Below, piece after piece: positions 1 through 12,187 of a DNA stretch of 64,000 nucleotides. The position numbers and the translations under genes were made by a program. Origin of the DNA: Takakia lepidozioides (taxonomy: Eukaryota; Plantae; Bryophyta); contig CM060733.1 of NCBI GenBank assembly GCA_030704615.1, forward strand, positions 40,858,001-40,922,000. The letters run 5' to 3'. Numbering within the stretch: the stretch's first letter is position 1; each line of letters opens with the position of its first letter. The notes beneath the pieces were generated by a model, which saw only the letters and a program-made list of their open reading frames with translations, was not told where the DNA came from and ran no database searches.

Positions 1-263
1 TTGGAGAGAATCTTCAGTCTTCCCCAGATTTGATAGAGGACTTCGGAGATGTGCATAATGTTGCGAATATCCGAGCTGCTGGTCATTGCCTGGCCCGCAG
101 GGGAGGCTGGCCGGGATGAAAAGTGCGACTAGATTTCTCAGAAAAACCATGGCCACAGCATTCGGTGAAGGCGGAACTTTACAGATGAATGAACTCTGCA
201 TTTCTGCGTCCAGCTCAGGCTTTGGGGGTTGATCTGACACAATAGTTTATGTGATGTGAACAG

Positions 264-802
264 AGTCACGTCTGCCCAATTTCCTGTTCAAGACAGCTCA
301 GCAGGTATAGTCCCTGACTCCCGGTTGTGAGAATTGGCCACATGAATATCCACTCAGTATAGTTTGCGAATTATTAGACTACATATGTTCGCTGAGCTAG
401 ATATCTCATCTCAAGAATACGACTTTAAGACTTTAATAGATCATATGGAGCTGAGGGAGAAAGACGATGACGCTGGCCTGAGCTCAGGCAGTCTAAGCAA
501 AGCGAATTTGCACCCAAGATCACTCGGGTGCATTGATCTACGCTCCCCTCCTCAACGATTTGAAACAATGGCCAAAGACATCTGTGAGTAGACCTGCAGT
601 TTTTGACAATCACTTGTGATGTCGGTGGTCATGGCAGGGTGCAGCCACCCAAACGTATCTTGCAGTACACCCGAACGTGGAGGGTGTGTCTGGAAAGTAC
701 TTCATAGATTGCAATGAGACGCCATTGAGCGGGCACGCATTGGACGTGAAATTGGCCGATAGGCTTCGGAAGTGGAGCGAGGACTACATCAGCACTCATT
801 GA
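264..802 (+). CDS. Last two exons (264-304, 638-802) of a TIC32-like short-chain dehydrogenase/reductase; upstream tandem paralog whose 5' part is outside the window
   Basis: AG/GT-bounded exons translate to SRLPNFLFKTAQQ|GAATQTYLAVHPNVEGVSGKYFIDCNE...WSEDYISTH*, closely similar to the last two exons of the SDR at 4896-8945. Confidence 0.88.
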
Positions 803-2321
803 TCCAGCAACACTAATAATCACCCAGTTTTTTAAACCCAACTCTCCATCGATGGGATCTGTCAGACATTCGCTGAATATTATGGCTCATTAATCGAGTA
901 TTTTGGAGAAATGATCGTCATCTTGAAACATTACAATTGATATAAACAAGACCATGTAGACCATGATGGATTTATATGCTCTATAGAAGAGCATGTCACT
1001 TGTACATGTATATCATTAGCTTCACTTCGTTCAAACTTATTCTTGCATGGAATATCCTTCAATAAAATAATAAATATATGACGGCCCCCCTAAGGAAGCC
1101 TAAATTATGGTCACAGATCCAACAGTCCATCATGAACAAATGTGCTAGAACATGTCAATGCCTTCCATCTCCACCAATATTTCTCTTCCAAGTGTGCTGT
1201 CCTATGGACATTTGCGCCCGGATTACATGCAAGTTGTCATATTCAGAACTGCAAGCAAATTACAGGACGTGCGAGAAAGATAACTAAAACTGTGGTTCAT
1301 TATTTCATCACATAGCCTCCAGCCTAACTAAGTTACCCAGCCATTCTTTTATATGTTGGTAGTAACCATTTCACCAGTAGCCATTTGCATACGTGAAATG
1401 CCATTAATCCTAAGCTTGCTATCAGTCTCAGAATCCAACACCCAACTAGGTGGGGATCTCACAGCCCATACTAGTGAATCCTCATTGAGCCAAGACTATA
1501 GTGCTCCTTAGATGTAGTTGAACAGGAGCTGACAGAGTTCTCAGCTAACATAGTATGGGAGGTCCATTACTGAGCTTGCATTTTCTAGTGCTGACTGCTT
1601 CCCATACTTCGGCTCGGATTTCTACTTGGAAGAGCCTTATTAATGTGTACACAGTTCAAAGCCCTTAAAGCACTGTTGACATGCATTGGTACTTTCATCT
1701 TAGTTCTTAGATCCCCGAAAGGGAATTGAGGTTGTCAAAGAGCTCTCATTTTCCCTGAGTCTCTTCATCTCGTTTGGTGTTGAATGGGGTTGGAGAGCAA
1801 TGTAATCTTGACAAACACGTAGATCCAAACTACTCTATATATTTTGAAGTTAGTCTGATATGGGTACATCAATAATTGAGGAACATGTACCATTGATCAA
1901 CAACACACACTTTTGCTTTCAAAATAAAAGGCTTAACCCTGAAGTTCCCAAGCCCCTTTTTGCAATTTCGTCGTTGGTAGCCTGCTCCAGTGTAGACTGC
2001 TACCTATACTCTCAGATCCACAGATTCCAGCCATACACATTTGGTGATAGTGTACTCTTATATTCATAGAGATTTTTTAATTAGATGATGGTTCAGGTTC
2101 CAAATTTTTATTTTCTAAGGGGCCCCTGCTTGCAGAGCCCACCAAAGGGAGCTGGAAGAAACCAAATAAATTGTATACCCCTTATCCTCCTTATATAGTC
2201 TCTCCATGGCCTTCTAGAAGGGGGCCCACTGCCTCATCCCATAAGAAAAACCGTTGCATGCATGCAACCCTACTGCAAGCCCATTGGCCACTCCAACCAC
2301 GTTACAGTAAGATATTTAATT

Positions 2322-2620
2322 TTATTATCAGCCACTCAGGTGATCACCCTAGCTGCCCACTTGGATGGCCGGCTCAAGTGTGCACCTCAGCCGCCGATGT
2401 GAGCAAAAAACCGAAATTGTTCTTAAAACAAAAGTCAGTGAAATATAAACATGAATAGGTTTGAGATTGAGTAAGATATTTAAATTTTAGGATCGGCCAC
2501 TCAGGTGATCACCTGAGCTGCACCTCAGCTATCAATGCGAGCCATTCAATTTTGCACCTCAATAGGCTCAAGTGTTCACCTGGGTGGCTCAAGTTTTCAC
2601 CTCAGCTCCCAAGTTAGTCC
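2322..2620. repeat. Cluster of short degenerate direct repeats (agtaagatatttaa...ccactcaggtgatcacc; cacctcag; ggctcaagt) with an 18-bp palindrome
   Basis: Blocks at about 2326-2355 and 2470-2520 align; ctcaggtgatcacctgag at 2500-2517 is self-complementary. Confidence 0.6.
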
Positions 2621-3860
2621 ATTCATGTGTTTAGATGAGCTGCTCATTGCCATAATTGGCACTTTTACACTTACCTTAGCAGTAATAACATGGGTCCCAC
2701 ACTGAAATGTGTCTTAGTTCTGCAGGTGCATGTGTTGACTTAACGTGCTGCCCAATGGCCTGCTACCCACTAGCCCCATGCGTGGACTTGGTCCACTACC
2801 CAATGCCCTATTGCCCAGTGGCCACATGCATGGACTTGGCCCACATGTACTTATAGTACATGTACAGCTAGTTCCAATTTAGAAAAAATGAGAGTTTAAC
2901 TCATCAACATGTGCAAGTAAGCACATAGTACACTTATTGAAGTAGTTATAATTTCGTATGAACTCCAGTGACAAACCGTCACAACTTGTACTGTTATTGT
3001 ACCATGCACCAGTTCAAACTGACATCACTGAAATTGGTCTCAAAGTTTACAACTAAACTGTCCCAGTTATATACTTGAGGTAAATGATCAAAATAAAACA
3101 AATTATTTATGTTTTGTATGTTAATAATTTCAATAAGATAATTAATGTTTAGTATGAACAATGATACGTTTACTTGATCAATGATGGTTTAGATAAAATA
3201 TGTATCTCCAAATGAGCCTTGGTGGTATACGTATGGAGATGAGTTAGATGAAGAGAAAGTAGGACAGTATTTGCGTATATAGAGTTGTATATTATTTGAC
3301 AGTTACATCATTTTTAAAGATATACTATGTGTTATTACACTGTTACATTATTTTTTGAACATATAATCATCTTCATTTTTGGCAATGTGACACCTTAAGC
3401 CGTGCAAGCATAATTCAGTATATATTCCATGTTTTGTATTGTGGAAATGTGAACAGTATACCAGGGGCCATGATCTTTTGTTATAGAGTTCGGTGTGAAG
3501 TTCCTGAAAATATCACACCCAAAGCATAAAAGTGCATGGCTCCTTCCTTCATTGGTACTATTTTTTATGCTGAGGGAGCTTGGGAAAAGTTTTGATAGCT
3601 AGATAGGATGTCTTAACTACAGGTCGAGTCCATACCATTTGTCTTGTTTGTGGGACCTGGACAAGGACTAATCGGTGGCAGTATCTGTAGGTCACAGAGA
3701 ACAGTACTTGGATTACAGTGACGGTTTGCAATTACAGTAAATGGCTTATCTACCCCTCAAAACCAAAGTACGGCAACACTAGTATTTTTACTATGTATAC
3801 ATGTACACATGTAAAGTATGGATAAATGCCACTAGTTTCTGAATTGATGTATGTGTGCAG

Positions 3861-4035
3861 GGAATGAGACTGCAGAGACAATAACATACTTTGGAATTAT
3901 ATTGAACTTGGTATTTTACTTGGTACATAGCATCCGTATCAGCTTCCCATATTCATCTACCTTGGTCACAAACTTTGTGGGGACTACTACCGTCACACCC
4001 TTGCTCGGAGCTGTCTGGGCGACCCATATCCGGGA
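3861..4035 (+). pseudogene. NRT1/PTR (NPF) transporter exon fragment
   Basis: After acceptor gtgtgcag: GNETAETITYFGIILNLVFYL...VTNFVGTTTVTPLLGA, matching the NPF N-terminal TM1-2 region (ExxER.AY.GI..NLV.YL...VTNF.GT....PLLGA). It frameshifts near 4015 and no downstream exons are recognisable. Confidence 0.75.
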
Positions 4036-4895
4036 CAATGTATTAGAAAATAGATATCGTCTTAGGCTGCCTGCTGTTTGGCCAATTACAAACTCTTTTC
4101 TTCTCTGCTGTTTATTGTTGAAAGGTAGGCAAGCCGCATCCCTGAAAAGATATCGTTGCAGGAAAGGGGCTTTATCTTATTGGCATTCTCTGCCAGCTTA
4201 CCCGGCTGTAAGCCTTCAGCTTTTATGTCTACAGATATGAACCTGTTTATGGGCAAGTGTTTTCTTAGGCCAATCCCAGTCATATTACACAGTGCAAAGT
4301 TAGTTGATCATTTAGACCAATGAAAATCTTTGACATGGTGTAAACATAGTTCATCACATGTTACATAGAGTGTAAACCAATAACAGTCTTGACACGGTGT
4401 AAGATCAGTTGACCATATTTTCTCCATTGACTTCAACGTGATGCAAAGTCTGGCCCTCAAGGGACAGAGCCAACAAATAACCCTTAACATTTGTTAGTGT
4501 GCACTAGTAGGGGGAGCAAAATCTTCTTAACATTTATGCTAGTTTAACGTTTTATAGAGGTAACATTTATCGAGGGCAGACTGTAGGAAATGATAAGTGG
4601 ATTTTGTAGTCCGGTCAAACCGTCAGCCGGCGCGCGGTTTCAAATCAGAATACCGCCCGCCCACGTTTTGTTGCAGACAATTGTCAACGGGAATACAAAA
4701 TGAGTACTGGACTTTTGGTCAACTCAAACTCCACAGTGCAACCGCGTACGAGAAACACAGAGAGAGAAATTGAAGGAGACATTTCTGAACACCTGCAGAT
4801 TGCATACACTGAAGAGCAAGCAACCCATTGAATATTCAGGAGGCGGATACAGTGTCCCAGTTTAGAAAGATTGTAGCTCTAGAAGGAGAAGAGAG

Positions 4896-7800
4896 ATGGG
4901 GCAACTTGTCGCCTACCTCAAAGGTACACCTGGACCCAGCGGCTTTGGCTCTGCCGCCACGGCTATGGATGTCACCAAAGGCCTCTCATTGGAATCGTAC
5001 ACTGCCATCATCACAGGTGATATCGGCTTTCTTGTTCAGTAGTATTGGGTTGTGATCGTTGTGGTAATTGAGATGAAGTGAGCTCTGAAATGGGACATCT
5101 GCGTGTTAGTGCCCACAACTAGGCCACAGTAGCTACTAGAGGAAGTGTTCTCAGGCACAGCGTGGTCAAAGGTCCCAATGGGCGTTTGTTCGAATGAGGT
5201 CTTCATGAAAGTTACAGACAACGACCTCGCCCGAGATTCACCCACGCAAAGAGTTCGCTAAATTTTGACCTAGCTGTTTTGGGGGTGATGGTTTGGCAGG
5301 TGCCACCGCTGGCATTGGCAAAGAGACGGCAAGGGCACTAGCAAAGAGAGGGGCGAGAGTGGTCCTTGCTATTAGAAATTTGAGATTAGGAGAGGAATTG
5401 AAGGCAGAACTTTTGAAGGAAAATATGAAGGCCAGAATCGAGGTCATTCAGCTCGATTTGAGCGATTTGTCTTCGGTTCGAAAATTCGCTGCTGACTTCA
5501 AGGCTCGCAATTTACCTCTCAACATTCTCGTGTAAGTTGATCCGGTTGGTTTTTTTTGTTTTGGAGGTAACATAACCACCAAATTTGCTGACCATTCACT
5601 AGAGAACAAATGAGGGGGTGGCTCACCACCGACCACAGCCCTGTCGCGAGAACGGAGAGGACGATTCCCTTGTTTTTCGATCGATCGGTTCTCATTATTT
5701 TCCAGGGAAACCAGACAGAGAGCTTGAAGGAGAAGAGGGAGAGAGCTGTGGAAAGATAACGACAATTTCATAACGTCCACAACCCGAGGGCCAGGGGGTA
5801 GTAGCCTTTGTGGTCATTGTCGCATCCTTAAGCACCTCGTCCTTGATGGCAAAATCTCAGAAAATCCACCCGGTATATCCAATGTAGAAGCACCTGTATC
5901 AGTCGGCCATCCTCTTTCCACTCCTTGATGTAGAGGATGATGTCCAGTTCTGCCAGAATCTTGGAAGACTTCTGGACCCATCAAGATGATTGGCCTTCTT
6001 CTGGCTACACAGAATGTGCAGCGGTCCAGGCACAAACGCCGTGACTGTCAGGAAACTCATAACCCAGAAACCAAAGATGATTTCAGGTATCAAGGTCCTC
6101 CGACAATGGAGGTACAGCAAGTGCCACCGCAGCCCACCATATCTCCTTTTTGCGCTTTTTCCAGTTCCCATACAATGCCTTCAGCCTCTTACCATACACT
6201 TCTAGACTGATCTGAACTCCTGTGGAACCACTTCCTCCCGGGTTTGACAGGGAAACCTTTACTTAACCCGTGGACGTGATAAAGCTTAGGTCTACCCCGG
6301 GCCACTCCACACAAAGAACACATATCTTGGCCAAAGGCTAAGTCAAAGGGTACCTTGAGTGGAATCACACATCCAAAACTTCAAACCATTGCATCAGTGG
6401 GGATCAAGACTTAAACCCTCTCTCTCTTTTCCTCTTCAGGGCTAGGGTTTCTCATATCCTTCCCCCTTTCTGCACGAGGTCTGATGATCGATCGTCTCCG
6501 TGCTTTAAGAGTGGTTCATTCAGAGCTGTGGTTGAGGTTGGATAATCCTCATGTGACCAGGTGTGTCAGGTGTGTACAGGTGAGTGGTATTTGCATACAG
6601 GCCGGGAGCACGTCTCTTTTTGCGCTGTTTTTCCTCATTGGTGAGCCTCGATATTGGGGGCTCGGAATGCTTAGATAGAGTCCACAACTCAGGAAGAATT
6701 TGATACTAAGCTCTGTTGTATTGTTTTCTCTACACACAGAAACAATGGAGGAATTAGCTCCCTCGACGAGCCTAAGTCTACTCCACAGGGCCTGGAGTTG
6801 ATGTTTGCCACCAACTATTTAGGTTGGTGCACATGCCCTGAATGATCTCCAGAGCGCGAGAGAGTGAGAGTTTGTGTCTTTAGAGTGTTATGGGGACATT
6901 GCCTAGCCTTCCCGTCGGACTGATACTGACCAAAGCACCAAGGAGTATGGGCCCCTCTTCCAAAGATAAGCTGTGTTTGTCAGAGCTCATTGAAACTAGA
7001 ATTGACCAGGCTGCCAGTTGTTATTAGCACCCAAAAACAAACGTTACACGGGCTTTATTGTGCCCTTCAAAGGAGCACCCAACTTTGTGTCATTTTTCCT
7101 GGGATTTTAAAAACTCCGGTGAGCAGCTAAGTTGAACATTGCATCTGTCATGCAGGTCACTTTCTGTTTAAAGACTTGCTGCTGGACACCCGTGGACTGA
7201 TTAGTGGTATAGAATTCACTGATGAAGGGGGGGCATCGTATCTGTGATGCACGCAGGTCACTTTTTGTTGACAGACTTGCTGCTCGACACCATGAAGACC
7301 ACTGCCACACAGAGTGGCATTCAGGGCCGCATTGTTGTAGTATCAGGGGCAATCTATACATTCACTTATGAGGGCGGGATAGCATTTGACAAACTAATCA
7401 ACTCAAAAAAGTAAGGAAGTGCCCAATGATATGTATCCTGGTTGCTATTTCACTCTTCCTTTCCCATTCTCCTCGCACTCCGTCCAACCTGCCTTTCTCT
7501 ACAACTGCTTGGTTTGTGAATCTTGTAAGAGTGGCCTTCTAACAGCAGGGCTGTTTACTGGGATATGCTGAACAGAATTTATGGTTTTAAGGGATATGGT
7601 CAATCAAAGCTTGCCAACATCCTTCACTGTCAGGGGCTCTCACGACGTCTCCAGGTTTTTCTCTCTCTGTGTTTCTCGTTGCAGGGATGTTATACCCCCT
7701 TTTAAATCCAGCACTCTATGAACCCTGTGAAAGTTGCCCTCACATGTGTATCATCTCTAGAGAAATTTCCGATGAGCTTTATATACCTTTGTGTGTGAAA

Positions 7801-8945
7801 TTTCCACTTGGTGTGAATGACCCACTGGAACTGCACACTCAAGGGTATGTCACAGCGCATCTTCCTGTCACTGATCTCCCCAACAAGACTCTTTGTAGTC
7901 TTTGCTTGCTGTTCATTGATTGGAATACAGTCTTTGGCATAACTAGTCTGTTGCTTGTCTCGAATGGACAGGAAGAAGGCACCAAAAATATAACAGTCAA
8001 CTGTCTCCACCCGGGTGCTATCAGAACCAACCTCACACACATTCAGGGTGTATTAGGGCTTATTGGTAAGTCAAGCTCCTTTTGCCGGTGTCATGTTGAA
8101 AGCAAAGTGGGTGCTGATTAAGCTGATGATGTGGTAAAATGTACTCTGTCAGAATGGGGATCTTTTCCCCTTTCTTCAGGGAGCATGTCACTAAGCTGGA
8201 AAGCTTCAATGCCCCTGAGTCTAGGTTAGGGTGATGTATGACATTGGGCCATTATCCGAGCTGCTGGCCATGTCCTTGTGGGCATACACTGACCAGCTTG
8301 TTGGCCGGGATGAAGAGTGCAACATGACCACTATGCTTGCAAGTTCTACGGAACCACTGTGTATTGTGGTGAACAAAATCCTGCATCTCCTAGATTCCTC
8401 GGTAAACTCAATAGCCACAGGATTTGCTGAAGGTGGAACTTCACCCACTGACCAGCTATGCATTTCTGTGGAAGCATCGGGGTTTGATCTGACACAACAG
8501 TGGCTATGTGGCGTGAACAGAGTCCTGTTTGCCGAAATTCATATACAAGACAGTTGAGCAGGTATGCTCCAAAATCCCTGACTCGGGGTTGTGGGGATTG
8601 GCCACATGAATATCCACCGATTAGAGTTCTTTTAATTTGCAAATTCTACATCTGTTCGCTCTATCTCATCTTGGGAATCAGTCTAATATTCATCCTTCCC
8701 CTCCTCCTCTACGATTGGAATAAGTGAGTGGTGCGTCCATCTGCTCCTGCTGATAATGTTGTTGTTGGTGCTCATGGCAGGGGGCAGCCACCCAAACCTA
8801 TCTTGCCGCACACCCGGACGTGGAAGGTGTCTCTGGAAAGTACTTCATGGATTGCAATGAAAGTCCATTGACCGGACATGCATTGGACAGTAAACTGGCT
8901 GATAGACTTTGGAAGTGGAGCGAGGACTATGTTAGCACTCACTGA
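4896..8945 (+). CDS. TIC32-like short-chain dehydrogenase/reductase. Exons 4896-5016, 5300-5531, 6740-6822, 7257-7410, 7576-7654, 7972-8065, 8521-8561, 8781-8945
   Basis: Phase-consistent GT-AG splicing gives MGQLVAYLKGTPGPSGFGS...AIITGATAGIGKETA (TGxxxGIG), LNILVNNGG, FATNYLGHF, YGQSK (catalytic YxxxK), LHPGAIRTNL and GAATQTYLAAHP...SGKYF. Confidence 0.92.
5830..6215 (-). pseudogene. SPT16: FACT subunit SPT16 N-terminal fragment, antisense inside SDR intron 2
   Basis: Minus-strand pieces in shifting frames read QISLEVYGKRLKALYGNWKK / ALAVPPLSEDL / YLKSS / LGYEFPD / LHILCSQKKANHL, matching the SPT16 N-terminus. A telo-box (AAACCCTAG, minus strand) lies upstream near 6441-6449. Confidence 0.8.
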
Positions 8946-9789
8946 TTCATCGGTCACCCAGTTTTCTAAACCCAAGTCTCCATCTAGGATTTGTCAGTAG
9001 AAGCAAAATGTGTACAAGGGTGAAAGGGTTAGTTGTAAATATTTGCATGCTCTCTCGAACATGCTAAAATCAGTTTTCAGTCTGCTTCAGGAAGGAAGAC
9101 TCTAAAGAACAACGCGGAGAAATCCTTCTCTTGATAACTTAGGACAGGAAGTAAGCCATGATGCTAATAATGTCTGTCACATCTGAAACCACTCTATGTA
9201 ACACCAGTATCCTATGAACGCTCTTGGCTACCAGGAACTCCATTTGCTGGGCAGCTTGCCAATGCACATAACTCAAGTATGACAAGTTTTTGCTTGAAAG
9301 GTGCTCTGCTCTGGTCGAAAGCCTTGTTCGTTATTTTTCATTTGAGCCGTAGAATAACGAGTAAACATTTTAGTTGTAATGCATACAAGCATTCTAAGCA
9401 ATGGGTCATCCAATGTTCATCCTAAGGCTTGCTCACGATTCCAGCAGCAGGGCACTCACACAGCACAGTGCTTCCATGAGGGGCTGTACCCGCATCAGCC
9501 ACTAGTAACGAGGCAGAGCCAGTAAGTTTTGGCGGGAGCCAGTTCAGCTGGTGAAACCCACCCCTCAGATCACCTCATTTTGCTGTTGTTTGGTTGGAGG
9601 ACTTCCTTCATTCCTTGGAAGTCATGCATTCCAGCTTAATCTCCTAAGGCTATGGAGTAGACTGGCCAAAATATATATATGTACATGCATGTTTTCCCCT
9701 ACACAAAACCATGTAGCCTTCTCCACACTGCTCAAGTCAGTCAACCAATTTAGGCCCCTTCCCCTTTGAGATTACTTGAAAAATATCAC

Positions 9790-9948
9790 ATAAACGCCAT
9801 GATCGTGACAAAGGTGAAGGGTGTGTGGTGACCGCCACACTGCCACCAAGTTCATCTCAAGATTGTCGTCGTGCAGTTGTTGTTCTGGATGGCAACCGCT
9901 TTCACCACTTCCAAGATGGGGTTTGTTCTTGTGGGGGATTAATGGTGA
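9790..9948 (+). pseudogene. Orphan C-terminal DYW deaminase-domain fragment
   Basis: RVCGDRHTATKFISRL / RAVVVLDGNRFHHFQDGVCSCG, then gat taa tgg tga (D*W*). Frameshifted, with no PPR array upstream. Confidence 0.85.
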
Positions 9949-11067
9949 AACAAGAAATATGACATCTTGGAGTGAAGTAACTAACAAATTGCAAGGAAGA
10001 ACAGGCATGAAGGAACCCTGTAATGGTGGGCTGTGTAAATTCTGCACCAATCAGAAAGATAGTATTTGGAGGCTGAAATCCACTGATGGTACAGCCAACT
10101 CGGGGTATATATGTGAAGGAACTCAATTGTGCTGTCTGTTGAATCGCCGTAATGTCTACAGAACTGTCTGTTCAGTTTCTCTGTCAATGGAGTCAGATCT
10201 GAAGTTTTTGAGGTCATGAAAGTGGCCAGTGTGACACAAGAAATGTAGAAGCTGATCCGATAACATGCACAAAACAGATTGAATTACTCAGAGCTGACCA
10301 ACTCGCTTGAATTTGGTTTTCTTCCAAATCTCATCCGGATAAACAAATTTACGTTTACTGCAGAAGTGTGCCTCATTCTGAGGCGAGTTTGAAGCAGCTT
10401 CCGTTATGTTTATTATTAAGTATGACTGCAGAACTGGGTACTCAACCCTCACGGCCTAAACTCTGACGATTTACCCTCTAATCCCGTCCCTTTGAAAATG
10501 ACTGACTGCAGCCTGAGCGTGCTCTCATGGACCGTGTTTCCGCCGAGATTCTATGACATAGCATTTGAGAAATAAAATCAGCCACCCACTCTGCTTTTTT
10601 GACACGATGCAAGTGTAAAATCTCACAAAAAGCAATAATAGTTTGCGTACAAGTATGTAGTGATGTATCTCTAGTAGGTATATTATGTTGTTCCCATGCC
10701 TGAGCACTTGCAGTGGCAACAGAGTACAGAGAAATTGGAAGCAGTATGCTGACAAGGATACCTCATACCAATCTCTTAAAGTCCAATCTCTTTGGAGAAA
10801 ACCGACAAAGCCAAGAAACCAGGCCTTCACAGGACAAGACAAAAACAGAAAAAGCAAACAATTGAACAAGACTGCAGCCCTGTATGTTAGTCTATCCGAG
10901 TACAAAACAAGTCAACCCAGTTCTTGAATAGTCGACTCAAACTCACAGAAGAATATGGTTGTCTAGTAAATACTTCACGATCAGAATTTCATGAGTCCTT
11001 CCTACAGATGAAGTTACCAATTGTGACTGTTTCCATTAGAACCTTTCATCGTCATCCAGAATAATAC

Positions 11068-12187
11068 CTGCTGTATTCTTTGGCTTGGAGGTCCATAGTG
11101 AGCGCCACTCCAAGATTGTGCTCGACCTTGAATTCTAGCAGATAGCTGGGCTCTCACCCAAGGCAGGTTTGACCAACCCTCAATCCAAAGACCCCCCCCT
11201 GTCCGTTTATGTCTAAAGTTTGGTGATGGTGGGCTTGTCTGTGAAAACCACCCAAGGAAAGGTAAGTGGCATCCTTGCAAAGACTATGCTATCTTAGAGC
11301 ATCCTTCAAATAATGAAGAACATCTCATGTCCTGCTAACAAGGAAGGGCAAGCCACAGTAAGAACCCCTTTGGCGGCAATTCCATGACGAAGAAAAATAT
11401 TTGATGAATCCAAACACGTGGAGCTACAATTCAGTCCACAAAACATCATCATGCTGACCAAGTCAATATCGATACCTCTTTCACGTCCTCAATGACGAGA
11501 ATCTTACCTTATGAAACCTCTTGTTCCATCTCCTGTTCCAAAGTGTGAAGGATCTGAGAAGAACCCCTGCCAGAGCCATTCCCTGCTTACTTCTTGGTCT
11601 GCATTCAAACATCACTAAAATCTTGATCTTTCGCAGCTCCTAATTGGGCTAACTTAAGATTGCATAGACTTCCCATAAGATAGACACCCTTACACCCACC
11701 AAAATTTCGAAAGGAATGTGTGAAAGGCAGTGCAACCAAGCTACAGGTGTTACATTTTTCTGAGAATGGGAGTTGAACCAGTATTTCTGGCATCATGTCT
11801 ACACCAGCCCTAACATCGATGCTCAATTTCCAAGAATTGGAGTATGTGCGGGAGCTATGGTGTTCCACACCTCAATGGGTAGAAAAGTGGTTGTAATGTG
11901 TGTCGGAGCCTATCGATCCCACTGTTGAAAGTGTTTTGAAAGTGTTATATACCTTCCCTCAGTTTCCATGCAGGCTGGGGAGTTGTCACAGCCATCACTT
12001 GCAAGGCTACTCTTGGGCCCGGTAATCCTGAGTTGCATGCCCATTTCCATTCCACAGTCTGAGCAGTTAATTCGCCCCATGCTGTCAGAAGTCCCACCCG
12101 TTCACCGCAAGCAGACAACAGGGCCTTGAGCATGGTCACTGACTGCGCTCCACAAACGCTGCCATCCCCTAGGCTTGTTTCCACCAT
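11068..12187 (-). pseudogene. PDF-motif (OSB-like) locus copy 1: N-terminal exon 12187-11953, decayed PDF first-half exon near 11598-11508, PDF second-half exon about 11238-11068
   Basis: EWLWQGFFSDPSH../WNKRFHK|gt, then ag|TSPPSPNFRHKRTGGGLWIEGWSNLPWVRAQL, matching PDF consensus W..FF..P..WWDNR..K..P..PDFKHK.TG..LW......P.WV...L. Exon 1 is homologous to 29314-29104. Confidence 0.7.
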
